A DNA stretch of 64,000 nucleotides from Gekko japonicus (GCF_001447785.1 NW_015167592.1:214907-278906), one strand, 5' to 3'; shown: positions 36,762 through 51,341, numbered from the stretch's first letter. Numbers and translations: made by a program. The notes: a model not told the origin generated them from the letters alone.

Positions 36762-36796
36762 TGAACTTTGGCGTTGCATGCTAGTTGAACATTAAC
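36762..36796 (-). promoter_or_regulatory. Exon 1-C proximal promoter: HNF4-like CAAAGTTCA and HNF1-like GTTAATGTTCAAC
   Basis: Motifs lie about 80-115 bp upstream of the ATG. The HNF1-like site is also present at 53780-53792 and 55752-55764. Confidence 0.45.
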
Positions 36797-37487
36797 TTAA
36801 CAGAAGGGCTAAAGCTTATGCTTTACATACATAACTTTCCAGCATCAGTCCCTGGCATTTCCAGGTAAAGAATTTCAGGCCTTAACGTGGGGTTTATTGG
36901 GATATTAGTTAAATCAGTGATTTGATTCAGTAAAAAGCAGCTTAAATTTTTGTGTCAATGTATCAAGCAACTGAGTACCTTTTGAGGTCCAAACTAGTTT
37001 ACTGTCTAATTGAAACAGGCATGACAATGCCTATATCACTCAGTTAGACAGACAAGAATCATTCCAAATCTCCTCCATCTTGCTCTCTACATCTCCTAGC
37101 AGACAGTGCTTCTACCTCTCTTATTTATAGCCACAGAAATCTAAAAAAATGTATATACATTGGAAGAGGGTTAACACCATCAATAATATAAGCAGTTCCT
37201 GTGGCTTTAAGAAATGAAAGCCCTCTGAAATCTCAGTGGCCATTTGGGGTTGCTAGGTAACATAGCTATGTTACCAGCCTACAAGCCTTTGTTTCTCTCC
37301 GTTTTTGCTCACAAGACTCCACAGTTAGTGGCCATTTGGGGTTGCTAGGTAACATAGCTATGTTACCAGCCTACAAGCCTTTGTTTCTCTCCGTAAAAGG
37401 CAGGGGTGGGGGCAGTGCTCTTTTCAGGGCTGGTTTGGCTATCCAGTGTACTCCTGCTCCTATTCCCTGTCCTGGAAGGAAGACTCA

Positions 37488-37928
37488 GGCCCCTGCCACA
37501 TGGCAGGGAAAAAGACGGTCGAACTGCGGCTAATCAGAGCCGCAGCAAAGTTGAGACGCGGCGGGGGATCTCACGGATCCCCCAAGCCGCGGTGCGGCGC
37601 TCCCCGGCACGATCAGATGCCAGGGAGAAAGCGACGGAGCGAAGGGGAGGCTGGCGAACTGCACATGCTCACACATGCGCAGTTCGGCCAGGAGCCGGGG
37701 ATGCGCCGACGCAAGGACGCACCGGCGATCCCACGGCCAGCGTTGCTGCGGCCCTTCAAAAAGAACCACCACGGTAGGTGGTTCTTTTTTGGTGTGGAGC
37801 ATCGCTGGAAGGGCCGGATCAGGGACAGAGACGGTACGCTTCCCAGATGTTGCGGTGGGATCACGCCCGTTTGCTCCGCCCCTGTTCCGTCCCTCTCCCG
37901 GCCCTAATCCTCTCGTGTGGACAGGGCC
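37488..37928. mobile_element. PIF/Harbinger-type MITE
   Basis: GGCCC...GGGCC TIRs and 3-bp TSD tca. The paralogous site at about 56865 is empty. Confidence 0.8.
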
Positions 37929-40900
37929 TCATTGAGGCAAGGCCCAGCAGCAACCAGCAGGCAACTTGCTACCATGCAATTAGCATAACTTACCCAGGTC
38001 TGGCAGTAGTTACCAGACAGGTTAATGCCATGCAACTCGCCCGGGGCAAGTGGCAGTCACTGCACAAGTTGGCTGGCCCTGACAGTGGCCACCACACAAC
38101 TCCCCTGAGCAACTTGCTGCTGCATGACTTTTGCCATTTGGGAAAACTTTTCCCAGGGAGAGGCTGCCGGGGTGGGAGGGGGAAGCTGACAGCCAGAGTG
38201 GTGTAGTGGTTGGAGTGTCAGACTAGGATCTAGGGAGCCAATGTTCAAATTCCCACTCTGCCATGGAAGCTTGCTGGGTGACTGGGGCCAGGAAGGCTGG
38301 TTAGGAGGCTTAAATGGAGGAGAGGAGAATGATGTAAACTGTTTTGGGTCCCCATTGAGGAGAAAGGTGGAGTAGAAATGAATAAAGAATACATAAAGCG
38401 GGAAACAGAGGGGCAGATAAAAGACATGCTGGCTGTGGGTGGGAAGGTGAGAAGGAAGCAGGGAAAGGGGACAGGATATGGGGACTGCCAGGAGGACAGA
38501 AAGAGGAAGCAGTTTTTGGAAGGCGATACAGGAGTTTTTATAAAATTCTATCGGAATTCCATCCCTGCCTGGCATTTTGTTATTCTTAGTTTTAGCCAGA
38601 GGTCATTTCGGGGGGGGGATCGCGGGGGATCGCAGTTCCCTCAGGTGAGGTACGGGGGCGTTCCTTTCCGCTGCAAGATCTGAGAAAACAGACTCTGCCC
38701 TTCAAGATGAACTGTGTTACGCAGCCTGCTGGTGGAACATGAGTTCTAACCTCTGAACCTTTCTGCAGTAGAATAAATTCAGGTTTTCTATGGGTTATTA
38801 TCTTGGACTTGTGTGTTGGCCCAATCTGGCTAAATAGACTTAATCTACTCTGGTCTTGAGCCAGAATACTGTGTCAGTATTCCAAAAGTTAAGCAAACAG
38901 AGTATGGTACACAGTATATGAATATTACGCTACACAGGGATTATTACTGTGATGAGTGCACTAAACTAAATAATACAGTACTGCAAAAACCAGAAAATAT
39001 ATGCTATTTAAATAAGCTAAAGTGATATGTTTTTTTAAACAAGGCTGGAATACAAAAATACAGTCAGTTTCAAATAAACAGAAGTGGTTTTTAACGAAGC
39101 AAATGATGTTAACGACGTGCTCCGGAATGTCCTGTGTCGTTTCGGCGTTCCTTCTTCTGAACAAGATTCTATAGATAATTTCCAGTGTTTTGTCTCATCT
39201 ATAAGAGTAGAAATGAAGCCTGATGCTCACATATTTTTTCTTCATAGGTCAATAACAAAGCACAATTGCTAGTAGAAAATTCATTTAGGGCGAGTTACAG
39301 TCAAATGGAATGCCAGTATTCCAAAAGTGCCTGCAGTATCCTGTATTCCAAAAGTGCCTGCAGGCTCAAAAAGATTGGGGACTCCTGGTGTAGTTCTACC
39401 AGTTTTTGCCTCTTGACTTGACTCTCTGCCCCTCCCCCATCATTTTCCAGTGATNNNNNNNNNNNNNNNNNNNNNNNNNNNNNNNNNNNNNNNNNNNNNN
39501 NNNNNNNNNNNNNNNNNNNNNNNNNNNNNNNNNNNNNNNNNNNNNNNNNNNNNNNNNNNNNNNNNNNNNNNNNNNNNNNNNNNNNNNNNNNNNNNNNNNN
39601 NNNNNNNNNNNNNNNNNNNNNNNNNNNNNNNNNNNNNNNNNNNNNNNNNNNNNNNNNNNNNNNNNNNNNNNNNNNNNNNNNNNNNNNNNNNNNNNNNNNN
39701 NNNNNNNNNNNNNNNNNNNNNNNNNNNNNNNNNNNNNNNNNNNNNNNNNNNNNNNNNNNNNNNNNNNNNNNNNNNNNNNNNNNNNNNNNNNNNNNNNNNN
39801 NNNNNNNNNNNNNNNNNNNNNNNNNNNNNNNNNNNNNNNNNNNNNNNNNNNNNNNNNNNNNNNNNNNNNNNNNNNNNNNNNNNTCCACCGCCAAGCGCCT
39901 CATGGGGCTCGGCAGTGGAGCTGCAAGGCCGGCGGTGGCAGCTGGGACCGTTGGGGGCGGGGTGTGTGGCCTTATGACACACTTCCGGTGATGTCAGGGG
40001 GTGTGGCATATGCTAATGAGTTATGCTAATGAGTTCCCTTGCTCTTTTTCTACGAAACGACCCCTGCCTCCCCCCATAAAGACTGTCTGAACACAATGCT
40101 GCCGTGGCAATGGAAGACATGTAGCAGAAGTCTTCACCGGGGTCCAGAATTTAGACGTACCCAACTTCCTCTCTATTTCTTTTGCCTGTTTGGTAAGACA
40201 CAAACACACACACACTCGCACTCACTTATATTTCATTTTCTCTCAGCCCCCCCTCTCCCTTATCTAGCTTTCTTCAACTCTACAAATTGACTTGTTTCCT
40301 GAGATTCCTGCTTGTCCCCTTAGCAATGCTTTCATCCTCTCCTCAGGGACAAAAGGACATTAAGCACAGTACACTTCTATCCACTGTATAATTCTGCAGT
40401 TTTTCTCCCTTTTAAAGAAGTAATGTGTAATTGAGGGGTCTTCAACATGGTGGATGCCATGATGCCCACCAACACTTTCCCTGGTGCCTTCCAAGTGTTT
40501 TTAGGAACTGGATGGGGCCAGCTGGGAGCTTTTGAAGAGCAGGGCTTCTGATTGGCTGTACTTTTTTTAAAATGTTGCTTTGCCATCAACTGCCACCACA
40601 GCACAATGATCTTCACGGCATGACTGAAGGCAAGCTGGGTTTATGCGGAAGAACACAACAAAACTTTAAAACGATATGTTCATTTTAAAAGGCATCCTGT
40701 TAAATGGCGCTCCAGCCTGAAATGTTGAAGATTTCCTCTTACAATTGCGCATAACCTCTCTCCCTGACCCTTTGTGATGGTCCCTGCCTCTTAGAACAGC
40801 CATTTTGTAACTGGCCCTGCCTCCTGTGGCAGCCATTTTGTGGTTGTGCCCACCACTGCGGGTGGTTTGTTGCCCTCTTCCTGTGTGTTTGTTCTACCTC

Positions 40901-43900
40901 TTTATTGGCAAGGAGATGCACGAAAGCAATTCCTTTCCGCTGCAAGATCTGAGAAAACAGACTCTGCCCTTCAAGATGAACTGTGTTACGCAGCCTGCTG
41001 GTGGAACATGAGTTCTAACCTCTGAACCTTTCTGCAGTAGAATAAATTCAGGTTTTCTATGGGTTATTACCTTGGACTTGTGTGTTGGCCCGATCTGGCT
41101 AAATAGACTTAATTTACTCTGGTCTCCAAAAGTTAAGCAAACAGAGTATGGTACACAGTATATGGATATTACGCTATACAGGGATTATTACTGTGATGAG
41201 TGTGCTAAACTAAATAATACAGTACTGCAAAAATCAGAAAATATATGCTATTTAAATAAGCTAAAGTGATATGCTTTTTTAAACAAGGTTGGAATACAAT
41301 AATACAGTCAGTTTCAAATAAACAGAAGTGGTTTTTAACGAAGCAAATGATGTTAACAACGTGCTCCGGAATGTCCTGTGTCGTTTCGACGTTCCTTCTT
41401 CTGAACAAGATTCTATAGATAATTTCCAGTGTTTTGTCTCATCTATAAGAGTAGAAATGAAGCCTGATGCTCACATATTTTTTCTTCATAGGTCAATAAC
41501 AAAGCACAATTGCTAGTAGAAAATTCATTTAGGGCGAGTTACAGTCAAATGGAATGCCAGTATTCCAAAAGTGCCTGCAGTATCCAGTATTCCAAAAGTG
41601 CCTGCAGGCTCAAAAAGATTGGGGACTCCTGGTGTAGTTCTACCAGTTTTTGCCTCTTGACTTGACTCTCTGCCCCTCCCCCATCATTTTCCAGTGATCA
41701 TTTTTTTTCCAATAAGTGTTTTTTATTTTGAACTATACAACAGTACATTCATAACATATATTGACGCTATGCAATAATCAACTTNNNNNNNNNNNNNNNN
41801 NNNNNNNNNNNNNNNNNNNNNNNNNNNNNNNNNNNNNNNNNNNNNNNNNNACGTGCTCCGGAATGTCCTGTGTCGTTTCGACGTTCCTTCTTCTGAACAA
41901 GATTCTATAGATAATTTCCAGTGTTTTGTCTCATCTATAAGAGTAGAAATGAAGCCTGATGCTCACATATTTTTTCTTCATAGGTCAATAACAAAGCACA
42001 ATTGCTAGTAGAAAATTCATTTAGGGCGAGTTACAGTCAAATGGAATGCCAGTATTCCAAAAGTGCCTGCAGTATCCAATATTCCAAGTGCCTGCAGGCT
42101 CAAAAAGATTGGGGACTCCTGGTGTAGTTCTACCAGTTTTTGCCTCTTGACTTGACTCTCTGCCCCTCCCCCATCATTTTCCAGTGATCATTTTTTCAAA
42201 TCCCTCTTTCCCCTTTCTGTTAAGAACATGCAAAGATTGTATTGGAGTCATTGGTCACACGGAGCATTTGCCCCGCTGAAGACACGATACTCCGGCGGAT
42301 TTTCCGGGCATGATCTCACCAGAACATCTGGGAGGCGTAGCACCCCCGTGGCCAACCTGCGGCAAGCCGCCAAAGCCGCGTAGTTAAAAGCTACCAGGAT
42401 CGACCTACCAGCAAATGGTTTGCCACAGGCTGCCTCCGGACTCCTGTGGTGTGATCGCGACGGCATCCTCTTTGCTGTGCACGCTGACGGTAGAAGCTGC
42501 GGTGTGCCGCCGTCAAGTCTGATTGCCTAATCGTGCATCAAATTGCGACTGCGCAAAGAGCCATGCCTCCCCCCCCCACATTTTCTGGCCCATGTGACCG
42601 GGGCCTTTGTTGTTTAATATATTTGTTTTCTTCATTACAGTAATTAAATTTTGGACTTTGTTGTATTTTTGGATAATCACTTCCAGTTGTTTAAATGGGA
42701 AGCAAATTTAAGCACATGGTTTCTTTGATTTCCACCCAAATGGGATGAAATTAGGAGGGATTATATCCCTCACCTATAGTGTCTCCTAAACAAATTTCAA
42801 GGAGCTAGGCAGGGAAAAGCAGACACGGATACATTGGTATCTATGTGACTTTTTCTTCCTTGCCCATGATCCTTAAGGAAGAAGATAAGAGGATCTGTTT
42901 TTAAATTAAAACAGAATATGCTGAACCCTCCCTTCTCACATGATCTTGCCTCGCTGCACTTGACTGATTTCAGCATTTTCTCCCTGCACCTTGGAGTTCA
43001 CACTGGAGTGAAAACAAATACATAAATAAAAGTGCATCGTAATTGCTCAGCCACAACCTTGAAGACCACCACCTGCAAGGTTTAGCAGTAGAAGAACTTT
43101 CCAAATGTCTGAAAAGCAACATCATTTTTTCCAAGTACCTAAGCATCATCACAGTCAGAGCTCAGTGTACATGAATGGGGAGGTAATTCCAGCAATGAGG
43201 TGACATCATGAAGCAAGTGCTGTTCCTGATAGCCACACATGTCACCCACAAAGAAATTCACTGCTCAGCAGGGCTGTGTGAGTGAAAGGGGCTCTTTAGG
43301 TCCTGGGTCGTTTAGAAGAGATTGGATTTATACCCCACCCTTCACTACCTGAAGGAGTCTCAGATCGGTTTACAATCCCTTTCCCTTCCCTTGCCCTCCC
43401 CACAACAGACACCTTGGGAAATACAACCCTATCCTAAACATGATGAATCCCCAACTGCAGATCAGCAGCATCGGCAGCACTCTTATTTGGACTAAGACAG
43501 AGGTCGATTCGGGGGGGGGATTGCGGGGGATCTCTCCCAGATTAGAGTCCACGCTCTTAACCACTATACCAAACTGGCTTTACCTGTCAAGGTAAGCAAT
43601 TGGAATTGTGCTTGGAAAGAAACTGGAACCCATTGAAGCTCATAAAGTTTTGGTAGATATGTTCCCTTCTATCTACAACAGCCTATCTATACCCTTGCAA
43701 GTAAGAACTGTGAACCAGCTGAAGTTTTCCAGGTCTTCATGAGCAGCTCCCTGTGAAGGGCCTTTCTATAATTTAGCCCAGATGTCACCAAAGATAAATG
43801 GCAATATTTGTGCGGATCCCCCCCCCCCCCCAAGAAGGGCTGCATCTGGGGAACTAACCCAACTTGGTTAAAGCTACTTTGTGTAGCCAACATGCAAATC

Positions 43901-44439
43901 AGTAAAAAACAGCAGAAAAATACCAGGAGAAGATCATCAAAGAATAAATGCACTTGAAATTTCTAGGATATATTGAATATGTGTTTAAATTACAAATAGA
44001 CATCTATAATGAGTTGGTGGTCCGCAGCCCAAAATAAATACAATGAAAGGTGCCTTTCAGTATTCCTACTTGGCTAACAATATCAAACACATTGTAAATA
44101 AAAATGGGCAAGTAGTCTCACATCTGCCTGGTTGTAGCAAGCTCATATTTCACAGCTTCCATTATGTATTTGCTTCCAGTATTTTCTGATTACTTGACAT
44201 TCCTACCATATATGCCAAAAGGAACCCAGATGAATTTTGCATTTCCAACCCACATTCCTCTTGCCAGTCAGCTAGGTGTAAAATACCATCTGTAAACTAG
44301 TAGGTATCTTGCTAATGCCATTCTATTCTTCAACTGTTCTGAAAAAAAGGATTGGAAAGGCTTAAAGATGGTGGAGGGTGAAACACATACTGTGCCATTC
44401 TAACCAGAGTTATACCCTTCTGAAGGTTCTACTAAGAAT

Positions 44440-44794
44440 ATAAAAATCAAATGCTCTTTTTTAGCAAAACACATTCATCCAAAAATATTGTGTAAATCTC
44501 TATTTGCCCTTGTGGATTACAATATGTAGGCAAGTCCACACATTCTAATAGGACACGTGTCCTTGGGTACGTCATAACATTGTTCAAGCACCAATGACAG
44601 AGCATTACATTCAGGCTGGTTATTCTGCAGAGGAAATGAAATTTTTTGTGATTTTTGTATACTATAATAGACCTCATGTCACCCAAAATATTACTCACAT
44701 TCTTTTACAAAAGGAGATCTGTTTTATTTATGATCTTAAGACTTATGCTCCATTTGGAATGAATCAGAGCCTGGATTACTCTGCCCTTATTTGA
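44440..44794 (+). mobile_element. Penelope-like GIY-YIG fragment
   Basis: CPCGLQYVGKS...LLQKEICFIYDLKTYAPFGMN. Confidence 0.7.
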
Positions 44795-46747
44795 ATTGCT
44801 CATCTTTTTATTGCTGTTACTTTAAGAATGATACTCCTGTAATCCATTAGCTACCGTTTGTGAGAACCCTGGAATTCAATATAGCTAAAAGAATTAGTAG
44901 CCTATGTAATTATATTTTAAATCGGAGTAAGTTTATATATTGTCATCTGTTAATTTTATAGAATATTGGAGGTATTGCATAGATTGTATGCTATATTATT
45001 ATTTACAGCTACATTATTCAGCCGGTTATCCAGAAGAAGAGAAATTTGAAATGTCTATATACCTAGGAAAGGCGTTTTTCGGCTATAGGAGATTTTCCGC
45101 TGGTCATCCTCTGCTTGATTTATGACTGCAAGAGGTCTTCGGAGACTTTTATTGCACTTAAAAGCAAGGAGAATTGACCGGTTGGATTTATGTGCATACC
45201 TGGTTATCAGTGCCTGTGAGCGCAATGACTGTTAACTGTTATGTTTATCTGTATCTCAGTGCTGAAGTATGATATGCCATGAGCACATATGATTATATTT
45301 GCGAACACTGTATTTATTCTGGGTTGTGGACTGCCAACTCATTATAGACGTTTATTTGTAATTTTAATACTTACTCAATATATCCTGTACTCAGACATTT
45401 CAAGTGTATTTATTCTTTGGTGGTCTTCTCTTGGTGTTTCTCTGTTGTTGTTTTTACTATTACACACCAGGGATCCCTGTCTTGTCTGCTACAACATGCA
45501 AGTCGAGGCACTCCAACCCTTTTGAGCCTGGGGGCACCTTTGGAATTCTGACACGGTTTCATGGGCATAGCCACAAAATGACTACCACAGAAGGCAGAGC
45601 CAGTGACAAAAAAGCTGCTGCAATTTACCTCCAGTCACACAATCTGCACAGCCAAACAAATCTCTAATAGGGCTGCCAGGTCACCTGGGGGGGGGTTGTC
45701 TGCTCCAAGGACCCCCGACTCGCTGGCCCGGATCTGGCCGCCGGGCAGGATTCTGCCCCCAAAGTGCCTGATTCAGGCTGACGTGCCCAGCGTGATGATG
45801 TCACCATAGGTGACATCATTGCACGGGGCATGTCATCAGGGGACACTCTAGCATTTGGGCCTGAAACTGTATGGTACCATAGAGTTTTAAGCCTGAACAC
45901 TAGAGCGTCCCTCAATGACATGCTCGGCGTGATGACGTCTCTTCCAGGTGACGTCATCATGGCACATTTCCCGAGGCTCCCAGACGCACAGCCTCTCCCC
46001 CCTGCTGGATGCCACTAATCTAATAACCTATCAAAAGCCCTCTGGGCAAAAGCCCCACCCAGTCTAATAACCAATCAAAAACCTTCTGGGCAAAAGCCCC
46101 ACCCAGCCCCACCCACTTTTTAAATACACTTGAGAGGTGCCAGGAAAGGTGCTTGTAGGCACCATGGCTCACAAGGGCACCATGTTGGGGACCTCTGGTT
46201 TAAGTGTTCCCCCTGTAGGCCCAGTTCAGCTCCAAGCTGTGGGAAATACAACCCCATCCTAAACATGATGAATCCCCAACTGCTGATCAGCAACATCGGC
46301 AGCACTCTTATTTGGACTGAGCTACAACCAAATTCCATCATCAAGGGCCTGGTAGCTAAACTTCTATTTCTTTTCCAGCTAAGTATGTCCATGACAGTGC
46401 TGTTATATCTTCAGTTTCTACCCCGCTCAAACCCCGAAGGGTCTCTGAGCGGCTTACAGTTCCAGATTTATCCCTAGCTAACAGTGCTGGGATTTGTTGA
46501 AGGAATTCTGAAAATAGGTTTGAGGGGGGAAATGGGAAAGGAAAAACTAAACTAAGTTTTTAAAAGACATTCTTGATGGATTGAAGAAAAGTAAAATAGT
46601 CCATGAGCATTCTGGGAAGTACCTAAATGCAGGAGTACTGGAAGAACGGAGAACAAAACAATTGTCTCAGCGCGCGTGTTCCGCAACTGTCAGAATACCA
46701 CCCATGACATTGGGCACATTTCTTTTGTCAAGCTCTTGACAACTCCC

Positions 46748-46900
46748 TTGCGTGACCTACGGTGTCCATGTAAATGTTTAACACTAAAAGCACGTGAAGT
46801 TCAAACTATGCATCGTAAGTTCAAATAAGTTCAAACAGAAGTCCAAACTTCGTATCATAAGGTGCAAGAAACTGGCAGCATTTCAATGTCAAGTTCATAT
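46748..46900. promoter_or_regulatory. Putative xenobiotic-response enhancer, copy 2
   Basis: XRE 46748-46754 and DR4 46818-46833. Essentially identical to copy 1. Confidence 0.6.
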
Positions 46901-47585
46901 CATGGTACAGAGTTCTTTCTGGATGTCATAGTATCCTCCCGTAGTTTAATGCCTAGTCATTGTTAGTATCCAAAACACAACTTTAAAGAGAAGTTATTTT
47001 CCCCCGTCAAGCCTTTTCTCACCCACAAGGAGTGCCTTCCTTACATATATTAACTGTTTTACGTAAACCCTTGCCCCCTCTAAAGACAAGGCCTTGGCCA
47101 TAATGGCTAAAGGGGGAACTTGAGGGTTCTGGGGGTTCTGGAACATCTTGAAATGGGTCATCTAGGGAGATGCAAAAAGCTTTATTTAATTCAGTNNNNN
47201 NNNNNNNNNNNNNNNNNNNNNNNNNNNNNNNNNNNNNNNNNNNNNNNNNNNNNNNNNNNNNNNNNNNNNNNNNNNNNNNNNNNNNACCGTGACTTGCACT
47301 TACTGTGCATAAGAGCATTTCCCTGACACCTTCTCCAAAGAACTTCTTGTTTCAGTACTGGAGGAAGGGTAACCAGCACCGTGTAAGAAAAATTTCGGTG
47401 TCCATGTTATTGGACTCTTTTTGTCTTAGAGCTGGGATTTTATCCGTTAACATGATATGCTAAATCTTGCACAACCCAGCTTCTGTATTTGGCAAGATTG
47501 CCCTTTCCAAAACCGAGCATGTAGCAGCTTGGCTGCCACAATTTAATGTCTCAGGAGGTATAATCGGCCTTTATACCTCCTGAGA

Positions 47586-47872
47586 ACCAGTTTGGTGTAG
47601 TGGTTAAGTGCGCGGACTCTAATCTGGGAGAACCGGGTTTGATTCCCCACTCCTCCATTTGCACATGGTTGGATGGCCTCGGGCAAGCCGTAGCTCTGAC
47701 AAGAGCTGTCCTTGAAAAAGAGCAGTTTCTGTCAAGAGCTCTCTCAGCCCCACCTACCTCACAGGGTGTCTGTTGTGGGGAGGGGAAGGGAAAGGAGTTT
47801 GGAAGCCGCTCTGAGACACCTTTGGGTAGTGAAGGGCGGGGTATAAATCCAAACTCTTCTCTCTTCTCTCTC
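47586..47872 (+). mobile_element. Squam3-like SINE
   Basis: Same family as 3618-3884. Confidence 0.8.
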
Positions 47873-49689
47873 TAAATAGAATAAGTACAATTTCAAATTA
47901 ACACCTCATATTTCACAGCTTCCATTATGTATTTGCTTCCAGTATTTTCTGATTACTTGACATTCCTACCATATATGCCAAAAGGAACCCAGATGAATTT
48001 TGCATTTCCAACCCACATTCCTCTTGCCAGTCAGCTAGGTGTAAAATACCATCTGTAAACTAGTAGGTATCTTGCTAATGCCATTCTGTTCTTCAACTGT
48101 TCTGAAAAAAAGGATTGGAAAGGCTTAAAGATGGTGGAGGGCGAAACACATACTGTGCCATTCTAATCAGAGTTATACCCTTCTAAACCCACTGGAAAAA
48201 ATGATGTAAATTGACTGGTAGTTGTTATACTGAATGAACTGATTATCATTGTTTATTGCATGTAATGAATATATATACCTGTTTTAGGATATTATAATAG
48301 CACACAATGCACTTTATAAGACGGTAGTTAACAAATAGAACACATTAATTTACAAAAAAGGTTTTTGCAGTGTGTCCCGGTTCACTGGCCCCGGGACGAT
48401 CCTGGAGACATACCCGCATCCAGACTCACCCCAAGAGTGGCGAACGAGCTGGGGAGAATCGACAGCACAGCCCCCACAAATGATGCCGCGACCTCAGGCA
48501 AGACGTACAGTGCTGGCAGGGCGACACCCACCCAGCGAACCCCATGGAGCCCCTCCCTTGAGAGGCGTGAAGAAGGTCCCATGGGGCGAAAACAGAAGCT
48601 GGCCACAGCACCCGGCGGCGCTAGCGGCACAGCCCCAGGCCGAGAAGACCACTGCTGACCCACCGCTGACCACACCCCAGATGCCCGAGGAGCGTCCTGG
48701 CCTATGAACGAGGGCGGGGGCCGGATGGGGAGGAGGGAGACGGGGAAGGTGGGGCCAGGCCAGAAGTACACCACCGGCAGGGTGAGGCCCACCCAGAGAA
48801 CCCCGTAGCACCCCTCCCTTGAGAGGCACGACTGGGCGAAAACAGAAGCCGGCCGCGGCACCCAGTGGTGCCGGCAGCGCAGCCCCGGGCCAAGAAGACT
48901 GCCGCCGGCCCACCGCTGACCACACCCCAGATGCCCGAGGAGTGTCCTGGCATATAAACAGGGGCAGGGCCAGATGGGGGAGGAGGGAGACGGGGAAGAT
49001 GGGTGGTGCTGGCAGGAGAGCGTGAGGAATACAAAGAGGGGCTCTTGGAGAGAACCAGGGCCCAGCCCCAACATCCTCCCTGCAGCTGGGCAATCACTCC
49101 AGCTGCCACACATCTCCAACTGAGTCAAGGCTTGCTCCCTGGGCTCAGCTGACCGTGGGGCCCCTGAACAGCTGATCATGGGGAGGCGTCCTTTTCGGCA
49201 GTCAGATAGGAGTTGGCCTCCCTCATTTCTGGCTCTGACTGCCCTGTGGCAGCCCATAACGGAGTGGGAGTGCTCTGCAGCGGCCCGGGGAACAGCTCCA
49301 ACTTCGCAGAACTCAAATATTTATTTATTTATAGTTGACTTTTCTCACAGGGACTCGAAGTAAATTACACCTAGCGAGAGTATAATCAACAAGATGGAAC
49401 ATTTAGGAGATTATTCAGGAGAGCTTTTTTACACAGATCATTAGGGCTGTACAGTCATGAAATGTTTCGGAAAGATGCTCTGGTACTGAGTTCCGGAACG
49501 GCGCGACGACGGGAGGGCGGGTGCTCAATGTGCTCCGAGCCTCCTGAACCTCTATTGCTTTTTTTGAGCCTCCCAGGAGCTGGGAGAGCTCGACCAGCAC
49601 TTTTAGACAAAGTGCAGGAGCAGGGGGCTTGTTTCTGCCCTTCCCGTAACCTGGCAAGTGCAGGGGGGTGACAGGGTTTTCCCCGAAGC

Positions 49690-51341
49690 AGGAGTGATAG
49701 ACGGAAAGAACATGGCCGCCATGTTCGGTTTAGACGCTGCCTCCGGTTTTTAAACTTTTTTTTCCTGTTTTCGTTGTTGTTTATTCGATGCTTCACATTG
49801 GGAAAAAAACCCTTGTCTTTTCTTCTGCGCATATATTGGTCAAGTTGATTATATACCCCGGATGAACTTTTTTCCATGTACATGAAGAAAGCGGCCACAG
49901 AAAGTGTTGGGAAACTAAGAGTGAGGAGACCTGAGAGGGGTAAGAAAAACTGATTAAAGTATTACTACCCTTTAAAACCTATGCAACTTGGCATTTGGAT
50001 CTTCCTAATTGGAAAGTTATGTGTGTTAGAGGGTTGAAGTGAAGAAATGGAGGTAATAGACGTGAAAGAAAAGATGGAGGGAGATGTAAAACTTTGCGAT
50101 CTTACGAGGAAACAGTGGGAACATTTTCAAAAGCAGTTGGTAGAAGAAGCGATACAAACATTTAAAATGACTTGTGAAAACTTGTTGAGAAATGCCCACA
50201 ATGATCTGTCAGAGGTACAGGAAGACAAAGAAAAAATACAGGGAACTTAAAGGAATGACAAACTGCAGGAAAGAAAACAGGACAGAGTCATCAGTTGTTC
50301 AGACTTTATTTATAAAAGAAACGTTACAGGAGCCAGATGCTGCTAAGGTTTCTGCGGTGGAGCAAGGAAAACTGGAAACAGGACGAGTACAAAAAGGGCT
50401 GTTGAGCCCATTTAAGAGAAAAAGGAGGAAGCAAGCAAGAGGGGGGGAAGTAAAGAAAGGAATAAAGAAACATGAAGTTCTCAACCAACTAAATACTTGA
50501 GACTATGGAGAGGAAAATCTGGAAATTAAAACGCAGGAGTATAAAGACAGACGACATATAGAAGAGAACAGAAATAATCAAGAGAAAAAAGAACTGGAAT
50601 ACAGTATTGTGGCAAGGATTACGTTTGTAAAATTAAAAACTATTACTCTCCTTGCTTTCTGATTCATGTCCGGAGTCTGGAAACCCTATATGATAGCTGA
50701 ATAAATGTGGTATGATATCTGTTTTGTGTGGGATGGGGTAAGAATAAAAGTGGGTACTTCTAAGTGAGTGTAGATAAACTTACAATAAAGTAACTGGAAA
50801 TGCAATGTATGAAATGGCAGCAATTTAGTCAAATTGTTAAGGATTAGTAGGTTTAGGATTTATTATGTTACTATATAAATTATTTTTGGAATGGTACTTG
50901 TCCTAGAGAATTTAAAAAGAGTCTCATGAGTAGAGTAATTATGAGATTGACGAGATGAGTAGGCCAGTCGATGATATGTTTATAGAATTAAGGTAGTAAA
51001 AGTTATGTTGATACATAGTCTTGAATAGCTTAACTGACTGTGTGCCTCAAAATTTTGAGATATATATGTGTAATGGTAGGAAGGTAGATGGGGTATTTGA
51101 GAACTATGAATATCAGAAGAATTGATGATGATATGGAGGGAAATAAGGCTGGTTAGTATATGAATAGGAATATACTTTACAATGGTAGTAATATCTCTAG
51201 GATTATGATATAGTGAACATATTTGTTTTTGTTTTGTTTTTTGTATTTACTTTTGGGATGATATTTTACATGACTGCAAAGCTAAGTTAAAATGGATTTT
51301 ATTGTTAGTAAGAGTGGTATTACTATCAATATGATGACCAA
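49690..51341 (+). mobile_element. Degenerate L1-like or non-autonomous LINE-derived sequence
   Basis: Purine-rich broken coiled-coil-like ORFs (50047, 50192) followed by an AT-rich tract. Similar character at about 31300-32520. Confidence 0.4.
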
